Assembly (NCBI GenBank): GCA_008632985.1
Contig: QPGO01000096.1
Location: forward strand, 62,001 to 126,000
Length of the DNA stretch: 64,000 bases
DNA from: Psammoneis japonica
Lineage: Eukaryota
Direction: 5' to 3'
Part shown: piece after piece, positions 25,825 through 37,500 of the stretch
Numbering within the stretch: the first letter of the stretch is position 1
Layout: each line of letters opens with the position of its first letter
Notes under the pieces: model-generated
Databases searched by the model: none
Told to the model about the DNA's origin: nothing
The model's input: the letters and a program-made list of their open reading frames with translations, nothing else
Program-made: the position numbers and the translations under genes

Positions 25825-27094
25825 GGTTGATACCTTAGTTTGCTATCTGGTCGTGTAGCAGAGCGAGTAAGCAAGAGACTAATGAGTACGGTGGGTTGAA
25901 TAATAATCAATGCAATCGGTCGACTTGAAGTCGCATCACATGCAACATGCAATCGATCGATCGCGACAAAAGAAAGCGGGGAAATCGGGGAAAGGAAAAA
26001 ATTCAGAGCGACAGTTGAACCACGCGACTCTCCAATCAGAATGCTCCAACCGTCGCGGGCACGAACGACCGCCGTACAAATCTACACAGGCAGTACGCAA
26101 TCTTGCTATATATCCAAAAGCTACAACAATGAATATAGAAAATAACCGTAAAGGCGTTGTCAAGTCCCACGGGATGGCTCGTACGGAATTCTACGTGCAT
26201 TGAGTCGGGAATGGCGAGGCGAAAAGTACCGCTCAACATGCCGTTTTGCTTCGCTCCAAATCGTTCCCTTCACGAAGCATCCTTTTCGTTTTTAACAATA
26301 CTCACCTCCTCTACCTCTCTTACAATTCAGTCAATCTCTTGCTTTATCGAACGTCCCTTGGTTGATGCGGTAAGGCGGTGTGTCACGTCAAGCGTGATTG
26401 TGATTATTTTGTGTGCATTTTTTGGATGGCGCGCCAAGGAAAATAACGTTTTTTGTGTCTCAACGGACGTTCGATACTCAACAGAAAAATATTTATTAGG
26501 CGTTAAATACGTTCATAGCATATTAGTTCTTTCAATAATGTATCAATATGTGACCTTTCAAAAATGAAATATGATTGATATATGAATGATCATTGACTCA
26601 GATACTGGAACACTAACAGAAAGGCAACGTCTTCTCTCTCCTCACATTTTGCTTGGAATGCGAAGATCATCTCGTTCGAGGCAATTCTTGTGTATTATTA
26701 GAGTTCATTAAGGAAAAGTGGTGGAAAGCACAAGGGATTATACACTGTGCTTTTTCATTATTTCTCTCTAGAGAGCACTCAAGACTCATTCTGTTCTTTG
26801 TTTTGTTGGCAACGTGTAACATATGCAGTTGTAATGAGACTTTTCCGTATTGCAATCGATACAACACTTTTAAAAGAAGAAGGCGTCGATAACTTAAACA
26901 ATAGTTCCATAAAGCGATTTGATGAGTATCCAAAAATATTGTCTAGCTAGTCATTTGCTGATACAAGTACTGTGAGGGACAGAAGAATCAGGCAAAAGCC
27001 TACATAATCAGTATCAAGCATTTTACGCAGCAAGCAGAGATTGATTTCTGCACTTCCACAAATGACGCCAACGAATATGGAATCAACGTCTTCT

Positions 27095-28037
27095 CTATGC
27101 ATTGACTTTCAGAAGTGAGGCCAGGGTTTCAAGAGTAACTCCGCCTTCTTTCTGGTTCCCTAGCTCATCCACAATCATGTCAGCTCCCGTAAAATCCTCG
27201 TTGCCGGTGTAGGAACTCTTGGTGACAAGACACGCAATTCCGGCCGCTTTTGCTGCGCCTAAACCAATATGGCTATCCTCGATAATACAGCATCGTGCCT
27301 TGTCGAGTTTCATCGTGTCAACAGCCATATTGTACACGTCAGGTGCGGGCTTCTTGGCCTTTACCATGTCACCTGCAAAGATTTGGAATTTTGCGGCACG
27401 CTCTGGCCCCATGAGAGTTTTGACAATATTGGATACCGCTTTTTCGTTGCTGGTGGAGCACACGGCAAGTTTGACACCAGCCTCGATAGCTTCATCCACA
27501 ATCCTCAACACCCCAGGACGCAATGGGATCGATCCAGCATCAATTAAATCCATAAAAATATCAGTCTTCCGCAAGTGTAACTCCTTCACTTTGTCTTGCC
27601 TGTTTTCTGGAGGAATCGATTCGGGCCAGCCCACTTCGTTCCAATGAGCAGTCATTCTCTCTTTGCCGCCTCCAACCTCCAAGAGAACGCCGTACCTATC
27701 AACTTCCCACACGTCGTCAATTCCATTCTCGCGAAACGCTTGATTAAACGAGACACGATGACCGTCACGCTCAGTATCAGCCAGCACACCATCACAGTCA
27801 AACAGAATGGCCTCTAGCGCAGCTTCCTCCTGTGCCTTGAGACATAGCGATGAGCTACTGCAGAGAGAGAAACAATCGACTTTAAATACTTCACGTAAAC
27901 AGCAAAGCTCGGCGATCTGCATGCAAGAGATCCGAATGATTTGTGCCTCACCTCTGCTGAGAATGTCTACGGCTTGTCGATGTGAAGGCATTGACACATG
28001 AGAAGGAGAGCGTCAAGAAAACAAGAAAGGATTTCAT
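27095..28037 (-). CDS. cbbY: Plastid-targeted CbbY-family HAD phosphatase (xylulose-1,5-bisphosphate phosphatase-like). Exons 28037-27952 and 27857-27095
   Basis: FDCDGVLADTERDGHR, GGGKERM, LRPGV, KKPAPDVY and IEDS.IG motifs. N-terminus MKSFLVFLTLSFSCVNA-FTST is a signal peptide plus ASAFAP-like Phe. Intron 27858-27951 joins the exons in frame. Confidence 0.9.
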
Positions 28038-28357
28038 CGTCTGATACACCCAGTTCACAGTAATATGAGAGTTGCTCGAAGAGACGGCCGAGAGATGTAT
28101 GGTCGATGCAATGAAATTTGATAAACTAGGGGCCCTACTCCAGTTTCGAAGCAAGACTTCAGCGAATGCAATGAAGGATGCAGATTTATGTTCATCCTTT
28201 CACGGCTCATCCGCTCCCACGATGTGGTGGCCATCATACGGTACATGCCATGGCATGTTGTTTCGGTGTGTGACGTCAGTGGAGAATCTGGAAATCATTC
28301 ACGTTTGCGCTCGTTTTCTTGCCCTCACGCACGCAATGATCAGCCCGAATGACGGAC

Positions 28358-28377
28358 GGGGGGGGGGGGGGGGGGGG
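28358..28377 (+). repeat. G20 homopolymer at the junction between the gene island and the hypermutated domain
   Basis: Run of 20 G directly before domain B. Confidence 0.9.
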
Positions 28378-28379
28378 TG

Positions 28380-31300
28380 ACTAAACATGTAGTTTGCATG
28401 CAAATGTGTCACTCTCGAATCGGTTTCTGTTAAAAAGATGCATGTCCAAGCATCACACAACAATTCTGTCCAAAGATTGGCAACTGCGTTCTGTGCCAAG
28501 TTGAGGACACTTGATCAAGTTTGCTCATGACACACACCAAAGAGCACCGCACCAGCCATGTGGCGCCGTGTGCAAAAAAAAGTTGTGGTGGAGGGTTTTT
28601 CCATCCCCCCATTCTGTGCATGGAATGCAGAGAAAAGGAAGCAGCAGATGAAGATCAAGGAATGCTGAAGAACCTGATGACTTGACAGGAGAGACAGCAA
28701 CACTCATCTCCTGTCAGAGAGGCAACCTTGAGCACTTTAGAAGCAGCCAAGCCAGTGCTGATGCATGGCGCCAAAATCTGAGAAACTGGCCTGCACTTTG
28801 CCACACTTTTGCTCCACAAAACTGGAGGCACCCCGCTGACACTTTAAAGCTCTTCAAGGCACTGCTGCTGAAGGCAAGGTGCAGGCTCCTCTTTCAAGAG
28901 AGCAGCTGAAGTTTTGCACCAGAGCACAGCCAAGTGTTGCTGCGCACACTCTCCTGCTGCTCTGCGCTGTGTTTGAGGAGTGGCGCAAGCCTTGGGATGG
29001 GACTGCAGCCCAATTTGAGCTTGCAGAGGAACAACAAGGAAGACTTTCTTGGTTTTTTGGGGTGGTGGTGGCATGAGAGGGTTGGCGGCTCTTCTTGGAT
29101 TGTGGTCCAATCCAACAAGGAGGTGATGTGCCTGTGCACTGACCCCCTTCTCAAAGCTGGCTGAGAAACAGCAAGTGGTCATGTTGGCAAAATGAGAAAA
29201 AAAATGATGTGGTGACAAGCATGTAAAAGCACACTGCTGCTTGCCCCAACTGCGTCATCGCAAAGAAGCAAAACCAAGCTCATGAGCAGACACAAACAAT
29301 TTGGAGGTGTGTCTGTCAGACATTGTGAAAGAGCAGCAAGTTGAGAGAGGTGCAGAAGAAAGTGCAAACAGCTGGAGCTGCAAAACAGATGTCAGGAGTG
29401 ACAAAATCCAAGGACAAGAAGAGAGACGCAGGGTCTTGAGAACCAATTTTTGGTGTTTTGGAGGCCACCCAGCTCAGATTTTGCAACACAGCACAATCAA
29501 GAGAACTTTGCAAGGAAAACATGATCACAAACAATGAGAAACACCAGGGGCTGGCCTTTGGCACTGGCTCTTGAAAGCTGGTTGAACAAGACAGAGCCCC
29601 GCCAATGCTGCAACAAGAAGGGGAAAATGCAAGCAAAGAATTGGCTCCCACCACACATCTGGCCAGCTCATGTCTGGCCTTGCATCTGAGGAGCAAACAC
29701 AGGTGCTGGCATTTTTGCACTTGGCATGGTGGCTGAGAAAGCTCATCGGAGTCCAAACTTGACTCATCTCCTGGCCTGCCATTTGTGTCTCAGAATGACG
29801 ATGATCTGCTCAGCAGCTTTTTACTCTCTCGAGCATCTGACAACTTTTGCAAGCTTGTGCCACTTTCACAAGGACTCATGTGCCCAGAGGGGTGCAAAGA
29901 AAAAGAACAACAAAGCAGTGGTGGGGTTTGTTTGGCAAGAAAACAAAAACAACAAAGCTGGGTTGCTGTCAGAGACAGTGACTGTGAATCTGATGTTTGC
30001 AATGAGTTCCCAACTCTTCAGGAAGTTGGAAGCCACTGCCCTCCTGTGCATGCTTTGGCATTTGAGGACAGTGAAGAAGTCTGCAGACAGTGTGTTGCTT
30101 TTTTAAAGACGTTGCAGAAGGCTGTTGTTGTCAGACAAATGGTGCTGTTTGTGGGTCCATCCAAGTGCACAATGCATCTTGTGCTTTCTGTTGGAGAGTG
30201 AGTGTTGTGTGTGCTCAACATGGCTGCACACACTCACAGAAATGAGACAAACAACCTCTTTTTTGGTGCAACCATGTGTGGATCTTGCAAAGATTGTCTT
30301 TCCTCATTGGGCATGAAGTGCAGAAGTGCAAGCAGAGCTGCTTTCTGCACATTTGAGAAAGGCAGCTGCAAGAAAAACAACTCTCCAAAAGTTTTTTGGG
30401 CCACCAACATTTGCAGGAGTGTGCAGAGTTTGCCTCACATCCCACAGCAAAAGGCCACAACCAAAGCTTTTCTTTGTCGATGACATGCAAAACAAAGCCA
30501 AAAGGTGCTTGTGCCACTCTCAAAGACAAGTGCCACAAGACAAGTCAGTTTGAAATGCCAGTGCTGAGCCAGTGCACAAAATGAGCAAGCAGCAGGCTTG
30601 ACAGCTTGAGTCTCTTTTGTGCACAACTTGGGTTTGCCAAGCATGTCTCTAGAGTGAGAGCTTCACAGCAGTGCTTTGATGCTGAGCTGTGAAGCTTGAG
30701 CTCCTCTTGGCAATGGTGCTGCTGCAAATGGCTTCCTGACCCCAGCATCTGAAGGATGATCACAGCAACATCTGGGAGATGCCAGCAGTCTGGGTTTTTC
30801 TGCAACAGCCAAGAAACCACAAATTTGGAGCACCAGGTTGTCCCTCAATGTTGTCACATCCATTGCAGTGAGATTTTGCCACAGTTTTTTTCTTCAAAAT
30901 TTTGCATTCTGATGCTGCAACATGATCCCACCAACTCTTCCTTTTCTCCATCATTTCTGTTGGATGTCAGTGTCGTCCATTTCTTCATGCAGCACTGCCT
31001 TTTTGCTCAGTGTTTTCCCACCCAACATGGTGCACTTTTTGTCAAAAATGACATGCCCCCCAATGGGTGGCATTTTTCATCACATCCACATGCTTCATGT
31101 TGGCAATGAAAAATGAGTGTTCATGTCAGAACATGCTCCATGTGGGCACTCTTCCAGCAGAAACAAAAGAGTGCATGTCAGCAGCAGAGGCACCACAAAG
31201 GTCCACAGCTCACAGCATCCTTCTGCAAAAGTGCTTTGGCAATGGATGAACTGTGAGCACCAAACTGATGTCAAGAGACAGGACAAGCAGAGTGACTGGC

Positions 31301-34150
31301 AACACACTGCTGGCACTCAATGAAAAAGCATTTTGTTTGTCAGAACAAGCAGCACATGTTTCTTGGGCTAAACAGCTGACACAAGGCATTTGACCTGCGG
31401 GCAATTCTGGTCGCTGTTGACCTTCATCATTGAGTTTTCTTTTTTTTGCATGCTTGTCATTCTGGACCAAAGGATCCCTTGCCAAAAGTGGTTGCAAAGA
31501 ATGCTTTCCACGAAAGATTGCTCACAAGAGCACCTTCCTTTTCAACCCAAACCATGTGCTCCTCACGCAGGCACCACTGATGTCCCACGTTGATTGAAGG
31601 GTTGCCTTTGGCCTGAGACATGAGAGTTTGCCATGAGATCTGTTTGAAAAACAGGATCATTCAACCCCCCTTGTCACAAGATCAACTTTGGAATGCTCAA
31701 CAACAGCTCTGGAAGCATTGCCCTGGGTGTCCACCAGAGTGCCATGATGAGATGAGCCAACAGGCTTGACAGCTTGAGCCTCTTTGCGCACAACTTGGGC
31801 TCACCAAGCATTTCTCTGGGGTGCTGAAAGCTTCGCAATGGTTTGGTGCTGTGTTGCAAAACTTGAGCTCCTCTTGGCAATGGTGCTGTGCAAATGGCTT
31901 CCCAATCTCAGCATCTGCCAACTGTCTGGGTCTTGTCCCCACAGGCAAGAAACAACAAATTCAAAGCAGGTTGTCCCTGATGTTGTTTTATTTTCTGCAG
32001 TGAGATTTTGCCACAGTTTTCTCTTCTTCAAAATTTTGCATTCTGATGTTGCCCCCCAACTCTCCTTTTTCTCCAGCATTTCTGTTGGATGTCATGCATT
32101 TCATGTTGTCTGTTCTTTCTCCATGCATTGCTGCCTTGTCCAGTGTTTTCCCAACAACATGGTGCATTTTTTGTCCAAAACAAGATGCCCAATGGACTGC
32201 ACTTTGCATCATCCAAAGACTGCCACACTTCACAGTGATCATGCAAATGAGCAATGGTGTCAAAACATGCTCCTTGCAGGCACTTTTCCAGAAACAATGA
32301 GTGCAAGCCAGTGGAGGCACAACAAAGGTCCACAGCCATCACAGCATCCTTCTACAAAGGGGCTTTGCCAATGAACAAAACCTGAACACAAAACCCCAAT
32401 GTCAACAAGAGACTGGACAAGCAGAGTGACTGGCAATGCACTGCTGACACTCAACGAAGCATTTTTGTTGGCCAAAACAAACAGCACATGTTTGGGCCAA
32501 ACAGCTGAAACATGCACTGAAATCTCAAGTTGATTGAAAGGTTGCCTTTGGCCCAAGACATGAGAGTTCATCAGGAGGAAGTCCACCATGTCTGGTCTGC
32601 TCCAATTTTCTTGATTGCTTTGGCAACAAAATTGTGCACCAACATTTGGTTCATCTGGGCCATCTGGATTGATTTTGCATGGCTTAACTTGAGCCAAGAA
32701 CCAAGTTGAGTTTAGCACATTTGGAAGGTGATGGATCCCCCTGAAGAGAGAGAGAGAAAGGCCAGCTCTTGGATCAATCTCAAGGGGGTGTCTCTTGACA
32801 ACAACAGGGCCGTCAAAGAGAGAGGCTGTCATCATGATGAGGAAGGCAGCAACATCTACAACATTGATTTGCACACCATTCACCATGACAGCAAGGGGTC
32901 AGAGAATCTGTTCTAAACTTCTTGCTGCTTGACAGCTTCAAAAGCAAGAGTCATTTTGTTTGAGTGGAGAGCTGTCCAGTGGGAAGCAAAAACTCCTGGT
33001 TGAGAACCATGCAAGCTTCTCGAGACTTTGCTGCCATTGACAAAAAGGACAACACTGGCTTGAGCCCTTGCACGGCATGCATTGGATTTAAGAACTTTTG
33101 AGCAAGGGGGCATCTTTGACTTCTTCTTCTCCCATCCCCTGAAGTTGAGTCTGCAGCAATGCTGTGCCCCCCAGAATCCTTGACAGGCTCTCTTGCTGTG
33201 TCTCTCCACACATTTTTGACCACTTCAGTTGGATCTTCCCTTGTGGCTCAAGTGGAACTCAAACAATTCATTGTTGTGCACAAGGCCTGTGGTGTGAATG
33301 CCAGGCTTGACAAAGGAGACAGCATTGAATCAAGGCTGCTTCAGTGTTGGCACAACAGCACAAAAGAGGCCACCAATTCAGTGGGTCCTCTTGTTGCGAT
33401 CACTCTTGCACTCATCAAGTTTTTGCAGAAACAAGCAGCTCTCATGCCATCCAGTGTGTCAATGTTGAGCACAAATGACCAAGTGGTCTTTGTTGCTTGT
33501 CTGCTGGCTTTGAAACACAAGAAGAGAGCCAACCTGTTCCAGCTCCAGGCAATCTGTGATCCATCATGTGAGATGCCAGCTGAAAATCACATTTGGCACA
33601 ATGAACACCTTGTCACATTTGGCACAATGAACACTTTCAACTTTGTGCGACCACTCTTCATTTCGAAAATGGAAAGGTGAGTGCACATAAAAAACTGAAT
33701 TTTTTATGCACACTCACCCTTCAATTTTGGAAAAATTGAAATTGAAGGAGTTTGTTTTGCCAAGTGCAAAAAATGGATCAGTGGTGGATCGGGGCACCTG
33801 GTGTGCGCGACATCTGGAGCTGCGCGGGGCACTGCCAAGGGTGCATGCTCTCATGGGTGCCGTGGCTCTTGTTGTTGCATTTTACAAGAGCCAACCAGTC
33901 AATTGAAGGCATCTTTTGATGGATCTGAAGAGTGCACAGGTGTGGTCATCCTCACTCTCTGCTTTCTCGAGCACAAAGCAGTGGGGGGCCGAGGAAGAAC
34001 AGGAGGAAAATGTGCTGCAGCTCAAGCTGTGGAAACGACAATGCATCCCGTCATCAATCACCAGTTAAAATTGAAATCATCTCCAGCTGAAAACCAACAT
34101 ACAAACATCATGGTTCTCCCTTCGTGTCATTTCAGAGCAGTGCGGAGTGC
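28380..34150. other. Hypermutated repeat domain B (unidentified decayed element)
   Basis: CpG and TpA are rare. Tyr-free, protein-like remnants are present (e.g. 32260-32886 minus, 33159-33680 plus), but the family is not recognised. Confidence 0.85.
30590..32570 (+). repeat. Diverged tandem duplication, unit ~0.95-1.17 kb (30590-31630 vs 31760-32570)
   Basis: caggcttgacagcttgag...cttgagctcctcttggcaatggtgctg occurs at ~30593 and ~31761; tgattgaa.ggttgcctttggcc..agacatgagagtt occurs at ~31591 and ~32531. Confidence 0.85.
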
Positions 34151-34539
34151 AGAACAAAAAGTGCGTGGCGGCAGTTCGTTGCGTTGAAAATGTGAGCCGC
34201 GCAACCGGCTTCGTTATATGTGTCTCTGACTATGAGGATATTTTAACAACGAATCGTGGCCATCGTTAGCCCACTTCTTCAGTTTGACTATGATTCAATC
34301 ATTAATATTTATGTTAGGTAAGCATATTTGAATAATATATACCGTATTGACTATGACGATACTGAACCAAAAAATGGCGCGCTTATTTATCATAGGTCTA
34401 TTCTCACTCACAGCTAACACGAACACCCTCTCGATCTCTCACATTCCATCCGCCATGGCGCATCCATGAATGCTCCTCAGATCGAAACCTCATACACCAT
34501 CACTCATTGCTTGCCGTAAGTAAGCCCACATTAATATCA

Positions 34540-37500
34540 ATGACAATATCCACGAATGAGCAGAATCAGATTGTGCGTCCTACTGAAGCACAATTGCGTT
34601 GGGCGCAGTTTCATCGTCGGCAGCGTGTTGCACAGGTTCAACAACGTGTGACTAGACTATGGCAAACCCCCGCCAATGTATCCGATGTGGAAGGCGCTCT
34701 ATCGGAGGATGGGAATACCACGGTGTCAAGCACTACAGATTCGAATGTATCGTCGCAGCAGCAACGAGAAGAAGCTCGTAAGAAACGACGCGAGAATAAG
34801 CCGAAAATCTCCCGTGGGCGTCGCGCTATGCTTCGTGTCTCCAGAAGAGCGTACGAGAAACGACGTCTTGTCATTGCCACGGACGGATATGCTAACTGGA
34901 GTCACGATAAGAACCATGAAGAAGAAGAGGATGACGAGTTGGCTGCCATGTTTCAAGAACACGTTGTGACTCGAAGAGGTCGATCACGAAAGAGTCGAGT
35001 GCATCGCCAGTCGGAGGACGAAGAACGCGTAAGAAGGTTTGAATCAGCGTATCGTGCCATGATGAGTAATCTAGTACAGCCAGAAGCTGCGCCTATTGCT
35101 GATACTGACAAGCGATGGAAACGAAAAGGTGATTCGAGACCGTCGCTGAGCATTGACGGACGACAGTATGATGATTTGAAGTGGGGCTTTACCTCTCGCA
35201 GAAACAACACGAGCACGGGACTTATTGCGTCTCCATCGACTCCCGTGGATCGAAGAGCGTCTTGGTTGGTGCACATGCCTTTGAGACAGCCGTCATCCTC
35301 TACGCTTTTGTTGAAACAACGCTATTCTGTATCGCCACGAGCCGCGCTGTCTGTCGATGTTTCGAGTATGCAAGTAGCACCACCTCCTATTCTATCACCG
35401 GGACAGGCCAAATTCGACGAGTTGGTTGCTCGGATACAGAATCGCAAGTCGTTTGAGCCGCTCACGAACGCTCATGATTTGCACGGCTTGGAAGAAAATG
35501 AATTGGCAGCGACCCCTACGAGCACGGCTGGCAGAATCAAGAGACTCTCACAAGCGATGCGAGAGCCCTTTATGGAGAAGCAGCCCAACGAGTCGCAACA
35601 AGAATTTGAAGCCAGGCTCAACTATTTTGAGAAACTTCATGTCAAGCAACGTCGAAAAAGCACTGAGTCACAACAAGAGTTTGATGCAAGGAGGAACTTT
35701 TTCGAAGACCGTAACAATCGGCGGCTGTCGGAGAGCAAGAGACAGCACTTTTTGCAAGCCCTTCAAGCACCATACGAGAATGCAGCCAAATTGCACCGAC
35801 GAAAACGACCAATCCCGGGGAAACATGCAAAGCGAAAGCAACGACTGTCTCAAGATCGCACTCACATGTTTACAACGGATTCCAAAGAGCCACCACTATT
35901 TGATGCATCCAAGGTACCGACACTGCATCGGATACCAAGGCGTACTACTTCTTCTTTTGCGAAAAATACAGACGATACTACTGGCCCTAGCCTGCACGGG
36001 CGTGCAGCTACGAAACAGTCCATGGGTAATCAAATCGGAAGACTACCGTCGCCAAAGCAGACGACCTTTCAGCGGTTCTCGGAGGCATTGTTTTCGTCGG
36101 AGGGACATGTACAAGCTGGCGGCTCAACGGCGTTTAGATCAAACAGGTTCGTTAGGGGAAGTGATGTGAAAGTGTCCGTTCCCAGCCTTTCAGACGAGTA
36201 CGACGCAGAAGCTGTAGAGGACTCCTTTAACGCACTGGCGAATTTTGCGGCGGGAGATGAAATGACAGAGTCACAACACACACGTGCCATTGCGGCTTTT
36301 GAAATGATGGTTGAAGATAAGAACTTGACCTCGGAACAATCGCGGTGCCTCCAAAAGTTTGTGTCTGGTACAGAATCGTTGAGTCAGGACGAAGCCAATG
36401 AGGCTGCCGCTGCCTATCGCAAGGTTGTCGCTGGGGCAGACACGACGGTCACACAGGAAGCTGCTATGAGAAAAATGGTTTCCGGCGAAGAGCTCTCTCA
36501 GTCTGATGAAATGCATGCCTTGGAGGCGTATCGAAAGGTTGTTGCCAGAAAACATACAAGACCGTCGATCGAAAGCGAGCCTCGACCTCGAGCGTCCTAC
36601 CGGCCGAAAACGGCGAGCGACACAAGGAAAAGCTTTGACGCACTGATTCAGTTTACCAAGGCTGCCAGCATGACCCATCAAGAGACAAAGCAATCTCGAG
36701 TCGCTATTCTTGATATGGTGTCTAGCGCAGACTTGGATGCAGACCAGTCCGACGCGTACATCAAGCTGTTGTCGGGGGAGGATCTCACGCCTCGAGAAAA
36801 GGAGTTGTCGTCACTGGCTTTTCAGCACATTGTTTCGGACAGCGGCTTGGAGAAGTCGGAAGAAGTGGCATTTTGGAAAGTGTCCGAGGGACAAGATCTC
36901 ACTAACAAAGAGTCCAAGAAAGCGTTTGAAGCATATGAACGGGTGATCCAGTCCAAACCGGCTGTTCAACAGAGCGAGGATGACGCCAGCAGCGAGTTCT
37001 TTTTTGATGCTCTTCGAAAGTTTGCTGCAGGGTCAGAGACGACTCCTTCGGAAAAGGTGTACGCGCAGGTTGCTGTGCATCGTATAACGCATCGAACTGG
37101 AATGTCATTCGACAAGCGGGAAGCATACATCAAACTGATACAGGGAAAGAAGCTAAGTGCGAGAGAGACAGAGCTAGCTTTGATTGCGCATCGCCAGGTA
37201 GAATTATGTGGGTCGATAGAGGAAGAGGAGAAGGAAGCATTCCAGAAAGTGGTTTGGGGTGAGCAAGTCTCTCATGATGAAGCGATGGATGCCCTGAGGT
37301 CATATCGGAAGGTGGTGTCGCGCATGGCGCCGCACCCGCACAAAAAGCGCATTAAAGTCAGGCGGGCCGAGGCGACGAGCGACTATTTGGACGAGGAAAG
37401 CGATTACGATGATGACGGGGATGATTTCTTTGATGCACTTCGAAAGTTGGCGGCTGGGCAAGACATGACGCTAGATGAAGAAAAATACGCACAGGTGGCT

